Origin: the human T2T-CHM13v2.0 reference genome, Homo sapiens
Direction: 5' to 3' (one strand)
DNA length: 64,000 bases
NCBI RefSeq assembly: GCF_009914755.1
Contig: NC_060930.1
Part shown: positions 45,936 through 60,754 of the stretch, piece after piece
Layout of the letters: the number at the start of each line of letters is the position of its first letter
Numbering within the stretch: the stretch's first letter is position 1
Notes under the pieces: model-generated
The model's database searches: none
What the model was told of the DNA's origin: nothing
The model's input: only the letters and a program-made list of their open reading frames with translations
Made by a program: the position numbers and the translations under genes

Positions 45936-47749
45936 CCCTAGGGCAACTGACTATAATTGATACAAACTTCAATATGTTTCATTGTCTACACAACTCAAAG
46001 CTCATAAAACCGTGGAAATTCTGGAGGGAATGAGGCAGATCACTTTTAGTATGTTGATCTTCCCCTCACTTCATGCAGCTTCACATACGGGACAGTTACA
46101 GTTCCTATAGAACGTAAGGGAGAGTGAAACATGATTCTAAAGGATGTAACAGATCAAAACTTGAATGCCAGAATAGCAGATGGCCATATAAACTTGAGAC
46201 ATTCTTTTGTTTACTCTGGACATTGAAGACACAATTAAGGGCAGAATTTTGTGTTCGTGATAACTAAAAAATAATCTTGTGATTAAAAAGTAATGATTAC
46301 AGCAAAGTAACAAATGAATCTGAACATTTTTCCACTTGACCAGACGATTAAAACAAGAATGCTTGTCAATTTGTGTGAAGTTTCATCCTTTATGTGTCAG
46401 AGTTTTTGATAATTAACAATGGGCCTCAGTGCCATCTGGGATTTTTTCAGTAAAACTACCATAGAGTAAAGCACAGTAAAAAAGAACGGTGCTTTAGGTC
46501 ATAAAAATGCGCTAGCACAGCCTTATCAATCAATAATAAATTCACATTCTGGAAAGCGTACTCAGAAGGGCAATTCCAGAGCTATAGAGGATCTTGTCCT
46601 CATGGTACAGGAATTGTCTGCTATAAAAAAATAAACAAAAGCAATAATGAAGACACAGTAGAAATTGAGTAAACACCAAAATACTTTAATTGCCTGTTTT
46701 GAATATGGAATCACTGTATTATCAAATAGCCCTTACATTAAGTGCTAGAATAGTTTTCAATTTGACAGTAACTGAAAAGGTAAAACAGAAGAAAACAAAA
46801 CCTTAGGTACTGGATGTCTTTTCCAGATTATTCTTACTCAAACATGTAATTTTGTGATTACAATAGGAAAGATTGTCTTGAAGAATAATTTGCCCAAAAA
46901 AAACCTCAGAAAATGATAGCACAATAAAAGTTTATCCCTTCCTTATATCCTGTTAATTTTCAGTTACTCATAAATATGACAATTACCTGTTGAATGGCCA
47001 CAATGTGCCAGGTTCTGTATGTCTGCTTGGTAAACAGGGTAGAAAATATATAACATATTTTTTCATAGAAACTAAATTTCATTGAGTGAGGAAAATATTT
47101 TGATATTTCATCTAAGTTTCAATGGGTGAGAAACACATTTTGACTAAAGAAACATCAAAGGCTGATTATGGATGACTGTTACGTATATCAGAGGATTTCT
47201 CTGAGGAGATGATATTTGATAAGGTGCTTTATTTTCCACACATATGCACAAATACAGTGAACAATTTACCTATTGAAAAATAATGTTTCCAAAGACTGTA
47301 TAATATTCTCTCATGTTAATACTGAACAAATATAACAGTGTCAAATTTTAATAAATAGGCTTATTCAAAAAAATCAATGGATCAAATTGAATAGTTTGAC
47401 ACAAGTTTTGAACTTGCTTTAGAAAATTTTTTGGTTTTTAAATTCCTCAAAAAGTCCCAAATCTCAAAATTAACACAAATATGTGCATCTTCCATATTCA
47501 TGTTATGTGTGTGTATGTATGTGTGTCTGTAGATGGACATTTACAAGTATTGTTTAGTTATTTGTGAATTCAACTACTTTACATGTTTATTCAGAATTTG
47601 TATGTTATAGAGCTAAATGTATTTATATCAACTGCTTATATTTCTTGATTTTTTTAAACTATATAATGCAATAAGAGTATTAAAATATAGTTGCCTATAT
47701 TGGAACTCTTTCTTATAACCTGTTTAACTATGTACAAAATATTGTAATT

Positions 47750-48632
47750 ACTTTGCAGTCATTTGAACTACTTAATTTTATCGTGACATTTTTCATACCT
47801 GAAAGAATTACTTAGCATTACTTATTACCAATCATGATAACAATTGAGAGTTCAAATGAAAATTAGAGTTTTGTGAAATTTGTATCTGAAACTGTGAACT
47901 TGATAGTTTCCTAACAGTTCAAAAAATTTCCAGTGAGATCAATTGTTATGAATTAATGTGAGTTTTTGATATTGTATAACGGGATATCTCAACAGTTGAA
48001 AGATCTCATTAAATAACTTATTGTATTATTATTTTCTAAGTGCTTATTGCATAACATTATAGAACCATGCATGGAATGTCATTAACATTGTGCCATGCTC
48101 CAAATTGCAACTCAGCTTTGAAAAACTGCAGCTTGAATTTTGGTATAGGATCAAAGCAGAATATCCAAAATTATATGAAGAGACCACTAAAATATTCTCC
48201 TTTTTGAACTACATATTTTGAGACTAGATATTTCTCATATAGTTTAATCAAGACATTATATAACAACAGACTGATGTAGTAGCTGATGTTACAAGGATCC
48301 AACTCTCATCTAATAAGCCGGATAAAAAATATTTGCAAAAATGTGAAACAATGGCCCTCATATCATTAAGTTCTTTTGGGAAGTATAATTATTTTTCATG
48401 AACCCATTATTTGTGGTAACATGTAATAACTTTGCTATCATTATTTTAATTATCTAATAAATATTTTTTAAATTTCTTAATTTTAATTTCTAATACAAGG
48501 AACATACCTATATCTACATCTATAGGTATATGCCTATAACTATATCATCCACTTAAACACAAACTCTTTTGTGTTCTTGAAGGTTTTTAAGATGGTGAAG
48601 AGCTTCTAGGTTAAAAAGTTTGAAAATTACTG
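47750..48632 (+). mobile_element. Charlie1-family hAT transposon 3' part
   Basis: Decayed transposase C-terminus (atcaaagcagaatatccaaaatta to aataagccggata); end aaaaagtttgaaaattactg. Confidence 0.7.
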
Positions 48633-48885
48633 TATTAAAAGTATCTGTTGGGAACTATATAATATTCATAAAAGGCTTTTTGGCAAGCTACTGGATCCTG
48701 GTAGGATGGAGCATCTCACCATAGGTTATATTATAGCCACATAGACCGAACTGCCTAATATGCGTGAATTTAGGAAGTTGAGTGGGTTCACATAAATCTA
48801 TTGGAAGATGCATATATCTATGAGATCAAGCATAATTCAGGACAAATAACACATATAAGCTGTGTAGGTTAAAACCCTAACCACT

Positions 48886-49259
<374 letters not shown>

Positions 49260-49712
49260 TCAGTTCATACATATGATCAGATGGATGGGTCTCTTATGTC
49301 CAGTTGACAGAAGAAATAAACTGATAGGCTTGATTCTCAAATGAGTCAGATACTTATGTGTATAAAGGCTAAAAACTGACTTTAATTAAACTGTAGCCCT
49401 ACTTTAGGTTTGCTCTGCAGTTAAAGAAAACCCTCTTCTTGGGCCAGACTTCAACAGTTGCACATGATCATCTACTGTGTGTGGAAAGGGAAGTGGCCTA
49501 GTTAAAAATACATATAGATTCATGAGGGATGGCAAACAATTCGGCGAGCTGGTTAGAGGCCATAAAAAAAGAAAGATTTGAGGTCTGGGGAAGAAGCTTG
49601 TAAATGTAGCTACGGGAGTAAGCATAAGGTGTGAAGATCCTGTACTGCATGTTAATATTTATCAAAGATCATCCACCCTGCATAAGGCATCAGACAATCA
49701 AGTAGTAATACC

Positions 49713-50013
49713 TATTTTATTTTATTTTTTTGAGATGAAGTCTCACTGTGTTGCCCAGGCTGGAGTGCAGTGATATGATCTCAGCTCACTGAAACCTCCG
49801 TCTCCCAGGTTCAAGTGACTGTCCTGCCTCAGCCTCCTGAGTAGCTGGGATTACAGGCATGTGCCGACACACCCAACTAATTTTTGTAATCTTAGTAGAG
49901 ATGGGGTTTCACCATGTTAGTCACGCTGGTCTTGAACCCCTGACCTCAGGTGATCTGCCTGCCTCAACCTCCCAAAGTGCTGAGATTAGAGGCACAACCC
50001 ACCGCGCCTGGCC
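49713..50013 (-). mobile_element. Alu (AluS)
   Basis: Full dimer. Confidence 0.9.
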
Positions 50014-50594
50014 CATACTTTTTAAAAATATTTTTGTTCTTTTATTTTTTGACATTAGCCATTTTCATCAGCCATCTCCATTCAGGTACGGTGAGCATGA
50101 ACAAAGGAGTCACGTAGGCTCAGAGGAAGGCTAGGCAGGGGCAGGCCATTAAGTAGTCTATTCACCATGGCCTAACTACTGTAGTTGCTGAATGTACCAG
50201 TGTCAGTAATAGAGACCAACACTGAGTCCTTGATCAGGTATCATTTTTTGGAAGACATCCAGTAGTTGGTGGAAAGTTTATTATATTAAACCACTTCTAC
50301 CATGGAAGATGTGGATATTCATCTTGACTGGAATTTGCATGCATTGTGGTTATAGGTGTGTCTTCTCAGCCAGCACTACTAATCCAAGGAATACAGTATT
50401 TGAACTCCTGACAAATACACTATATCACAATATTTCAGGATAAGGGATTATATCTATCAACGAAGATGGAGCAATGGGCTCATAACCATGACATTTACAA
50501 CCCAGAAGTTGCCAGCCTAATATAGCAATTGAATAGACTTTGAAGGCACAGCTAAGGTGGTGGCTGGAAAAGAGTCCCTTCCAAGATGCACTAC

Positions 50595-50826
50595 TGTATT
50601 AGTTTGTTCTCATGATGCTATGAAGACATACCCAAGGCTGGATAATTTGTAAAGAAAAAAGGTTTAATTGACTCAATGCCACATGGCTGGGAAGGCCTCA
50701 GGAAACTTACAATCACGGCAGAAGGCAAAGGGGAAAAAAGGCACCTTCTTCACAGGATGGCAGGCAGGATAAGTGCTGATCAAAGGGGGGAAAGCCCCTT
50801 ATAAAATCATCAGATCTCATGAGAAC
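50595..50826 (-). mobile_element. THE1D-like MaLR LTR, truncated
   Basis: tgtattagtttgttctca, aggcctcaggaaacttacaatc and ccccttataaaatcatcagatctcatgagaac, then an abrupt end. Confidence 0.85.
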
Positions 50827-51671
50827 AATATTAAATAAACTTATGATACTCAGAGAACACTGATATAAAAACATTTCACAAGTAGACCTTTCTTTAGATG
50901 CCAGTATATGCCCGCTTCTACTGGTGGAGTTTTAACCTGAAAATCAATCTACTTTCCAAACCTTGTGATTCTTATAGTAATTGGATGTTTTAGATAAATG
51001 ATAGGGTTGAATGTCATGGAAAAATGAAGGTAGGAAATAACACTCAGTGGACATATAATCAAAGGAATGGTCTTGACCATATGTCAAAAGAATGAAAGAA
51101 TGTACACATGTGTTTCAAATTTAAGTAAAGTTTCAGGTATCTATTAATTGCTTATGATTTTCTTCTTTAAAAAATGTATTTAACTAACTAAATTTTTAGA
51201 TTAGCTAAACATATATTGAGGGGAGAGATAAGAGGGCTTTTTAAAGTGTTTTAATTTTATACTAATGTAATAGGACAGTGAATGCGATTTTAGTTTTGTG
51301 ACTTTTGTAGAAGCTCCAAATTGAAGAAAATTGATAAGAAACATCACTTTATTAAAAGCTGCTAGAACAACACATGCCAAATTTTCTAAATGATGGTTGC
51401 ACTACCCCGCATCACCCACTTCCAACTCACAAAAGACCAGGACTTCAAAAAGAGAATTAGGGTCATCAAAATACAGAGCTTTCCACTAAGTGGGATATGC
51501 TTTCATGAAGTAGGGACTGGGGATGAGAAGCACCCATAGAGAATGAGGACAAAAAAAGGGTCATTGTCATCTCACCTCTAGGTTTGATGCTTTCTACTCT
51601 GCAGAGTTCTATCAGCCCACTGTAGTATATTCAAAGGGTTCACAGGAGGACCTGACATTTGCCTCCTAGAG

Positions 51672-51929
51672 CAGTGCTACCCAAAAGGTGGTCCCTGAAC
51701 TGCTTAAATAGTAGAGACGTTGAATATAAACATTGGCAATTTGAGAATGTCTGTTGTGTGTAATTATATTAAAGACTAAGGATTATATTGATACTTTTTT
51801 ATGTTTCCTTTCATTTTTCTAGTAATTTATTTTCATCGCATTTTACATAAATATGGTTTGTGATCCTTGAAATTTAATAAAAGAGAAAAAATATGGTTAT
51901 TTCCTCCATGTAGAATTTGAGAAACACTG
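51672..51929. mobile_element. Non-autonomous hAT-Charlie element
   Basis: Terminal inverted repeats cagtgctacccaaa and tttgagaaacactg. Confidence 0.6.
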
Positions 51930-53475
51930 ACCTGGTGTGTAGGGGGCAGCTGATGCCTGCCTTTCCTCTGTAATGCTGGAGACTGGCTGGAGCCAAAAGC
52001 AAAGCAAAAAGAGAAGGCAGCAGATGAATAGATAGCCTTTGGGTTTTTCCTGGGGCAAGCAGAAGTAGTAGGAGTAAAGCCATAAAGGTGTCCTGACAAA
52101 CAGGATGATGGCCTGTCAGGTGAGAGGACCCTAGTACCAAACCCTGTGGAGGCCACTGCAACAAAAGCTTTGGAGGGAGTTGGTCACAAAGGGACAGCTA
52201 CAGAGGATGTCACTGTTTTCAGAGGACTGTGCAGTGCACAGATAATGATTTCAAACAAAAGGTGCTTAAATTTGAATCTCTTCATAAATAATGTTTGCTT
52301 GGGTGACCACAAACATTTTCTAGATGATTGTTTCTTTGATTTCCATGTGCAAAACATTGTTTAGACAGAAAAATGCTAAAAAAAAAAAAGCACCAGGTTC
52401 TTAAAGTATTTATAGCATATTTCCTAGTAAATGTTTAATTATTATGCAAATATGTGTAGAATTCACTTGTGCAAGGCAAAATATTATTAGGGAAATTCAC
52501 AGAGAGTATTTCCTATGTAGTTGATATATGAGAGGGATAAATAGATGTCATATACCAAATTACAAGACAAAACATTTATGATATTTGGAATTCTGTATTG
52601 TATTCTCTCTTCCCTCATATTGTCTCATAACTTTAAAGTTATTTAAATTCAGCATAGAAATAATATAGGAATCAGATTTATTGCAGTGAACATGAGTTTG
52701 AGAATGTGGCTTGGACATGTATTCTACTACTTTACACAAAGTCTAGATCACACAAACTACCTGAAAAGAGAGAGGGGCTTGAAATGAAGGAGAGAAAATA
52801 ATGTGGACGACTCACAGGTTTTTGGCTTGTTAGCTCTCCAGAGACCTGGCAAAATTTTGAGATTTTGTTTTAATACAAGCAGAATATTAATATAGTAAAC
52901 TATGTATATTTAAGAGTTTAGAGCATAGCCTCTTTGATTAGAAGCCAAGTCAATATTTTTTAAACTTCTTTAGAGTTATATTATAATTCTGTCTTCCAAG
53001 TTAATTGATACAATGCCCAGATTGAGTTTAAATGATACCCATGCTCTCTTTTAAACTGTGCACTTCTGAGGGAATTAATTGGAAAATATATTGATGCCTT
53101 TTTCTAATCTAATTGATCTCAAGATTCCAAGGCTTGAACAATAATTTCTAGTGCTGTAAACCAATTATTTCTCAAAAAGTTTTGGTGACACAATTCTGCA
53201 AGGATTAACTATACTTTACCATGAAATAACATTCATAACACATATTTCCAAACCATCAACTCATCACTGCCAAGTTAAAAAAATTAATAAAAATAAGCAG
53301 GTGGTGTACTCAAACACTATGAAAAATAGCAACAAGAGAATAAACTATGCAAATCATTACTGGCTGCATGGTCTTTCAAGGGTGTTTTTATATTTTGGCA
53401 TTCTGATATGTAAATTTATAGATAACAGAGAAAAAACCTGAATGTCTGTGAGACACACACTTTTGAGGCATTTAG

Positions 53476-53800
<325 letters not shown>

Positions 53801-55365
53801 AGCTTATATTTTATTTATTAGTCAGCCATTGATATCTAAATCTGGTCTAGTCAGTTTTAAAACAGATTTAGACCAGACCAGATTCCAAGTGAGTCCCTTG
53901 GAATCTCACTTATTATTTGTAAAATGAGTTTAAAGTACTAGAGAAATTATTTCAAGTTACCTTTCCTCAATCATTTCTATGATTACTAAGTAGAGAGAAA
54001 GAGAAAATTCTGGAAGTTAGGGCTCTAGGATTTCTCCTTTGTGAGAACTGCAGCAGGTGTACATTTACCTGTTACATATATTTATAGGTCTTGGAGGTAA
54101 GATTCCTTTGAAAGATAGTTCTGACTATAAAACGTGCATAAAAATTCATGGATTAGTACTTAATGAAATCATTTTACTATCCTAAATAGGATTCCAGACT
54201 GAAAAGCATAAGACTGATATTATTACATCATTTTATTCTATGTTGGTTTAATTGCATGAAATTACAGTTTATGTAGGTCAAAGGTGGTAGACTTATATGA
54301 TTCTAGTGTACAATAGCAATACTTTTACAATAGTTAAGTTTTACCCTCCCAACTTCAAAAGACGTCAGTCCTTATTCTGCTTTAATATAAATAAATGGAT
54401 AAAATAAATGTTTGAAAGTTTTTATCAACTAAGGCTTATTTCTATCATGTTTGTGTTGACCTTAGTAAATGATAAGAAAGAAATGTGAAGGGGAGGAATG
54501 TAAATATTTTCTAGAATATCTTATTGAAGTCAGAAATGGTATGTAATATTGTTTTGTAAAAAATAATATAATGATAATTTTGAACTTTATTTATCCACAG
54601 AGGTAGTTGATAGGCCTTGATGACATTAGAAAATGTTATAGCAGAAAATGTGCAGGATTTTGAATGAACCATTTATAAAAGACATTTGTCATAATATTGG
54701 CCACAAAATTCTCTTCCATGCTTCTTTCTTAAATTCAACTTACTGAATTGGACCTAGATGTAGAAGAGAATATTAATCAATAAATATTCTTAATTCAGTT
54801 TGGAAAACTACCAAATTGTCATTATTGACATCTTTAATGAGATTTCCTGGATAAAATCTGGCACATCCCTGGAAGGAATAGGCAGCCTATGACAAAACAT
54901 CTAGCAGCAGGAATCACACTAAAAATTACAACAGAAATCATAAATAGGAACTGAATAGGTGGACATGAAAAATAGTGATGTAAAAAAGGATATGGGACAG
55001 GCCATTATCACAGAAACTGAGAAGATAATTCTCAGTGAATAGGCCAGGTAGGAAGGAGCCCGTTAACAGTCAAAGAACATTATGCCTTCTGACATTGCTG
55101 TTGTCCATATTAGCATGTTTTTCCTGTGTGATGGGACATTATTTCTAGGAAAAACATTTTTGCCTTCTTCCCAAGCCATAGCTATAATTCACTTTCATAT
55201 TAAGGTGAGCTATTCATGAAAAATTACCACTTGGAGTTAAATATTTTTCTGTCCAGGACAAAGCTAATAGAAAAGTAAAATTGAATGATATTTGCAATAG
55301 TGATGAAATAAATGAGATTCTGTTGTCCTTTATCATGCTACTTGTGAAGGTACAGCCCAAGCCTT

Positions 55366-55605
55366 TTCTCACTCATAGATGGGAATTGAACAATGAGAAC
55401 ACATGGACACAGGAAGGGGAACATCACACACCAAGGCCTGTTGTTGGGGGGTGGGAAGGGATAGCATTTGGAGATATACCTAACGTTAAATGGGTTGACG
55501 AGTTGATGGGTGCAGCACACCAACATGGCACATGTATACATATGTAACTAACCTGCATGTTGTGCTCATGTACCCTAAAACTTAAAGTATATATATAAAA
55601 AAAAA
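55366..55605 (+). mobile_element. L1PA (about PA4-5) 3' end
   Basis: ttctcactcatagatgggaattgaacaatgagaacac through taccctaaaacttaaagtat plus A tail. Confidence 0.93.
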
Positions 55606-55964
55606 GAACATGTTCTTTGTCTCTAGATCCCAGTTCAGTAGTTCAGTAAATCTCTGAGATTCTTTATTCTTCCTTACTCTGGCAGAGACACCTCCTACTT
55701 TTACCTGCTGCCCTCCCACGTCCTCTGTAATGCTTGCTGCTAAGTGCTCACACTCCTACTGCTGTAGCACACAGCAGGCCTGTATTAATACTGGCCACTC
55801 CACATCCACCAAAGTAAGAAGGCTGTTCTCACATCAAGGATTAAAAGAATTTAATAATGTTCCCCTAAAGCTAGCCTGAATCTTTGCTTACAATGATCAT
55901 TTTTGTTGTCATTTTGGACCTGCAGTAAATTCCACACTAGGATGTTTAATGGCATACAGTATCA

Positions 55965-56400
55965 TTTCTGTCACCATAGGCCTATGGCCTTACAACAGAG
56001 CACAAGACCTAATATTGTCTGGACCCTGGCTATTTCTCTGACCTCATTTTCTACCTCTCTCATCTCTGTTCTTTTTCTTCAAGCTACAGCTGGCCTCCTG
56101 GCTCTTTCTTAGAGGAATTCTTTCGCCTAGTGGGTGCTCCCTCCAGTTATCACAAGGCTCACTCTTAATTCATTATCTCTCTCTAATTGCCATCTTTATC
56201 AGTATCATCTCCCACATCACCCTACATAAATTAGAAATCTGACATGAGACTTCACGTCTTGTTAGCTCATTTTACTCAATAGCACTTAGAATTATGTCAC
56301 AAAATATATATTTATTTTATTTTTAAATTATCTACTCCTCACCTCCAACAGAATGCAAACTCTAGGAGGGCAGAAACATCATTTGTTTGCAATTTCATAG
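55965..56400 (+). mobile_element. L2a 3' region
   Basis: ctctgacctcatt, ctggcctcctggctctttct and agaatgcaaactctaggagggcag. Confidence 0.6.
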
Positions 56401-56744
56401 CTGCATCAACTGGTGCACTGCAGTGACTAGCATACTGCAGGGCTTGATACCCAGGGGAGCATGAATAATAGCCATCCTGAGACATGTCTCAATGTTGGAG
56501 TAAGACTCGTCCAGAGATATATTCCCACAAAGGTTACTTGTAAACTTTTTTAAATAAAAGTGTCAACCTGTTATCTCAACCATCAACTGATCAAATGAAA
56601 ATTATAATTAGAATCCCTAAATACTTCACAAATCAATGCCAAATGAACTGAAATTTGTATTTCTGAGTATTCTGATATAGAATATGTACATTAAACTCAG
56701 AATTGTATTGATGCCAACATCATTTGTAACCCCCCAACATTTCT

Positions 56745-57046
56745 TTTTTTTTTTTTTTCTTTTTTGAGATGGAGTCTTGCTCTATCGCCCAGGCTGGAGT
56801 GCAGTGGCGTGATCTCAGCTTACTGCAAATTTCGCCTCCCAGGTTCACACCATTCTCCTGCCTCAGCCTTCTGAGTAGCTGGTACTACAGGCGCCCGCCA
56901 CCGTGCCCAGCTAATTTTTTGTATTTTTAGTAGAGACGGGGTTTCACCATGTTAGCCAGGATGTTCTCGATCTCCTGACCTCGTGATCCGCCCGCCTCAG
57001 CCTCCCAAAGTGCTGGGATTACAGGCTTGAGCCACCGCGCCTGGCC
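56745..57046 (-). mobile_element. AluY
   Basis: 19-bp TSD gtaacccc(c/t)caacatttct at 56726-56744 and 57047-57065. Confidence 0.93.
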
Positions 57047-58821
57047 GTAACCCCTCAACATTTCTACATTCAAGTTTTAAAAAGAAATAAAAGGTTACAC
57101 AAAGTTTTAAGTTTTTTGTTTGGAAAATAATTTGTTTTCTTCTTCAAAAAAATTTCATAAAAAACAGCTTTTTTTCTGTCATATTCTGGAAAATTATGAT
57201 GCTCAAAATATTTGCTTTTGTGGTGAAAAACAACATGAACTGTCACTAAGGTTACTTCTGACATCATTTTTTAAGTGATCTAAAAACATAAAGAGGAGTA
57301 AAATAAATCTAGAAAATAAATTCTTGGTCAAAAGACAAGGTTTTGATTTCACATCCAAATATATTTTTCAAGATGCCTGTGTCTTGGAAACAATTCTATC
57401 TGCTGCTACAACTTTCCTAGTAGAAACACTTTTATCTGAGTTAGAAGAAGCCTGACATCTGAACTTTCATGCAAATTTGGATTTGTCTCAGGAGATTCAG
57501 GGTATTTCAGATTTAAAATTTTACTCCAATATGCATGAGAATGATATTTAAACTATTTAGAAGAATCCATACCCTTTAACTGTATCATTTAAGTGCATTG
57601 TGTTGTATTGTTACCAAAATAAACATAAAAACAGAATAGAGGCAAAGGCCCCTTTGGGGCCAAGGATGAAGCTCAGATAAATATTTATATCCCAAGTGGA
57701 AATGTTCTGAATGCAATCTCCCCTTTCTGTCATTCAGCTATGACGATGACTTATCATCTGTATCAGGTGACAGCATTCCAATGTAATCACTTGAAGATTG
57801 ATTAATCATTTAAGGTTCTACAGTTAAAAGGAAAACATTTACTAAAGGTAATGTAGAGCCAGATGATATTTTGGGACCTTGACCTGGCTTTTGAGTTTAA
57901 GAAATGATGCTGTCATATTTCTGTAAGAGACAGCATATGGTATGCAAGATAAAATGTTGTTTCCCTAATGTGTCCCAACCCCAAAGAACCAGTTGATGAG
58001 AAGCCTGGATGTTTGTATGACAAGCTTAGGTATGTGCTTGCCTCTGTGAAAATTAAATTGTCATTGTGCCAAGGATATGCAGAGAATATCCATTAGCAAT
58101 TGATGTCAGTATGTATATGTAGAATTTGAATGGGCTCTTTGTACAAATCAAAATTGGCTATGTGAAAAGAAGTAGAGATCAATTACACATTTGAAACCTG
58201 AATTCTTAAAATAAATATCAAGGCAAACAGTGAAAGAAAAGATACTTTAGTTCTTACGTTCTTAGCTATTTGCACCCCTGAAGCTCTGATGCACCAATTT
58301 TTTTCCTTATAAGAAAAACGATTATATTATTCAAAGGACGTTGTAATAAGTAACAGAGATTTTAATATGTGAAAATGTTTTGAATTTTTGAGGTGCTGAC
58401 AATGATAATCTAAGTATATATAAAAGCAATAGTTTTGAAGAACTGATTGTAACATGAGGTTGAATTCAATGCATTCTATACAAGATTTCTTGTTAGCACA
58501 TATCTTTAGAAATACATATGTATGTTTGGACCATAATATTTGTTAATTATCACTTCTAGATTCCTATGTTCCCAATAATGACAGGCTGTTTTCACCTTTT
58601 CCCTCTTTTGAGTTTGCTTATAGGAAATAATATCTTTCATGTCTATACATGATGGAGACAGTGGAGATTGAAAACAGGCAGGATTACTGCTAACATAACC
58701 AAATGCTTAATGGTGAAAGAGATAAACTGTCATAGGCTGGAAAATGTTTGCGTAAGTTTCTTTAAAAATTTTTCAAAAAGCTGATTTTTAAAAATTGCAT
58801 TTTTATGTTATTGAAGGGTGA

Positions 58822-59183
58822 TGTATTAGTTAGTTCTCACACTGCTATAAAGAAATACCTGAAACTGGGTAATTTATAAAGAACAGAGCATTAATTGGCT
58901 GACAGTTCCATAGGGGAGGCCTCAGGAAACTTACAATCATGGCATAAGGTGAAGGGGAAGCAGGCACATTTTACATGGCTGGATAAGGAGGAAGAGAGAA
59001 AAGGGGGAGGTGCTACCCACTTTTAAACAATCAGATCTCCTGAAAACTCACCCACTATTATGAGAGCAGCAAGGGGGAAGTCCACTGTCATGATCCAATC
59101 ACCTCCCACCAGGTCCTCCTCTCACATTGAGGGTTAAAATTTGACATGAGATTTGGGTGGGGTCACACATCCAAACTATATCA
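58822..59183 (-). mobile_element. MSTA-type MaLR solo LTR
   Basis: tgtattagttagttctcacactgctataaag through ccaaactatatca; TSD (g/a)gtga. Confidence 0.9.
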
Positions 59184-59480
59184 AGTGATATACTGTATTG
59201 TTGATTGTTAAAGGAATGGAGAAAATAACAAAAATGATTTGGAAATGATCGTGTGCCAGGTAGTATTAAGGCACATAAGATATTTGAATATATTCTCTCA
59301 TTTGTCCTTCACAACAAACCTATTAACCCTATAATTGTATTTCTCTTTCACACAAGGGAAAATAGAACTACCTTCAACATTTATGTTAGTATGTGATAGA
59401 GTAGTGATTTAAACTCAATTTATTTTAATCACTAAATCTCAGCTCCTTCTAGTGTATTGTCATACACACCAGATTAGGCT

Positions 59481-59524
59481 ATGTGTGTGTGTATATGTGT
59501 GTGTGTGCATGTGTAAGTATGCAA

Positions 59525-59570
<46 letters not shown>
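59481..59570. repeat. Imperfect (TG)n followed by (AC)18 and (AT)4
   Basis: Direct read. Confidence 0.9.
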
Positions 59571-59571
59571 G

Positions 59572-59779
59572 AGGCTGTGAGACCCCTGATTTCCCACTCC
59601 ACACTGCTATATTTCTGTGTGTGTGTCTTTAATTCCTCTAGCGCCACTGGGTTAGGGTCTCCCTGACTGAGCTGATCTCAGCATCCAAGTAAGGAACTTG
59701 GAGAAATTAAATAGATATTTCTAACTGTGTTACCAAATTTGTTGTTTTCATTAAATGACGTATTTGACTAGTTAGAATT

Positions 59780-59780
<1 letters not shown>
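59572..59780 (+). repeat. 209-bp direct duplicate of 61156-61364 (MER9 U5, TSD and unique flank)
   Basis: Ungapped manual alignment, 10 mismatches in 209 nt. Confidence 0.95.

Positions 59781-59812
<32 letters not shown>
59781..59812. repeat. (AT)3(GT)13 microsatellite
   Basis: Direct read. Confidence 0.9.
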
Positions 59813-60754
59813 ATAGACACTCTATTCTTTTATTCTTATTCTATTCAAACTTGATTAAAATATTAAAATTTATCATAATTTGCTTAAAGTTTATCTTAAC
59901 TATCACATATATACCAAAATATCTAGTGTGATTTAGAGTACAGAAAAAAAGATATGACTTATTATTTTTATCTTCAAAGCATTTGTCATGTCTTTTAACA
60001 GGTGTTGATAAATAGTGAGGAAAGAGTATGTACATGTAGACCTGTGTAAGTTTAAATGTTAAACTTCTTGGACTGGGGAAAGAATAGTACAAACACTGAA
60101 ATGAAAGGAACTGTGGTTTGTGAGATAAAGTCAGCAAAGCAATGTGACAAAAACAAAGAAGAGCCTGCAGAATTGTAAGAAATCTTACATTGTTTCCCAA
60201 GTCACAAAGAGTAAAGAAATTACAATACATACCAGGTTCCTAAATTATCTTCGCCTTTAGATGTGAGTGTGGTAGGATCAGTTTATGAAGCTCTATAAGC
60301 AATGATGTGACAGTGAATATTTAGCAATTAGTTCACTGGAGAGTGGGCCAAAAGCTCAGTTATGTACTATTTGCTGATTTCTGTGGTGTTAATTTCCTTA
60401 GCATGACCAACTTCAAGTTCCCACTTTCACGTCACCAAATAGGAAAATGGGAAAAAATGTCAAAGTTATCTTTATGACTCAGTTAGAGCTAGCTCCAGCA
60501 CATCACTGGCTAAGTAAAATGCAAATTACAGCTGCTAGATTCAGTAAGTGTTGGCTCATAATTAAGAGAGTTCCATTAATGGTGCTTAAAACATGACTCA
60601 CGAATAGTCTAAAGAAAGAAAGGTTGGTCTTAAGGTTATTAAAATTTCAGAAGTTGGTCAGGACTAAGGTGGAAACACTGGAACTGGAGACTAGATAGCA
60701 ATGAATCTTTTCTCCAATGTTATGTAAATCAAAATCTAAAACTTGATCTCCAAG

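Noticed and set aside
56478-56491. 14-bp palindrome TGAGACATGTCTCA containing a p53 half-site (also AGAACATGTTCT at about 55605)
   Set aside because: Single half-site with no adjacent second decamer
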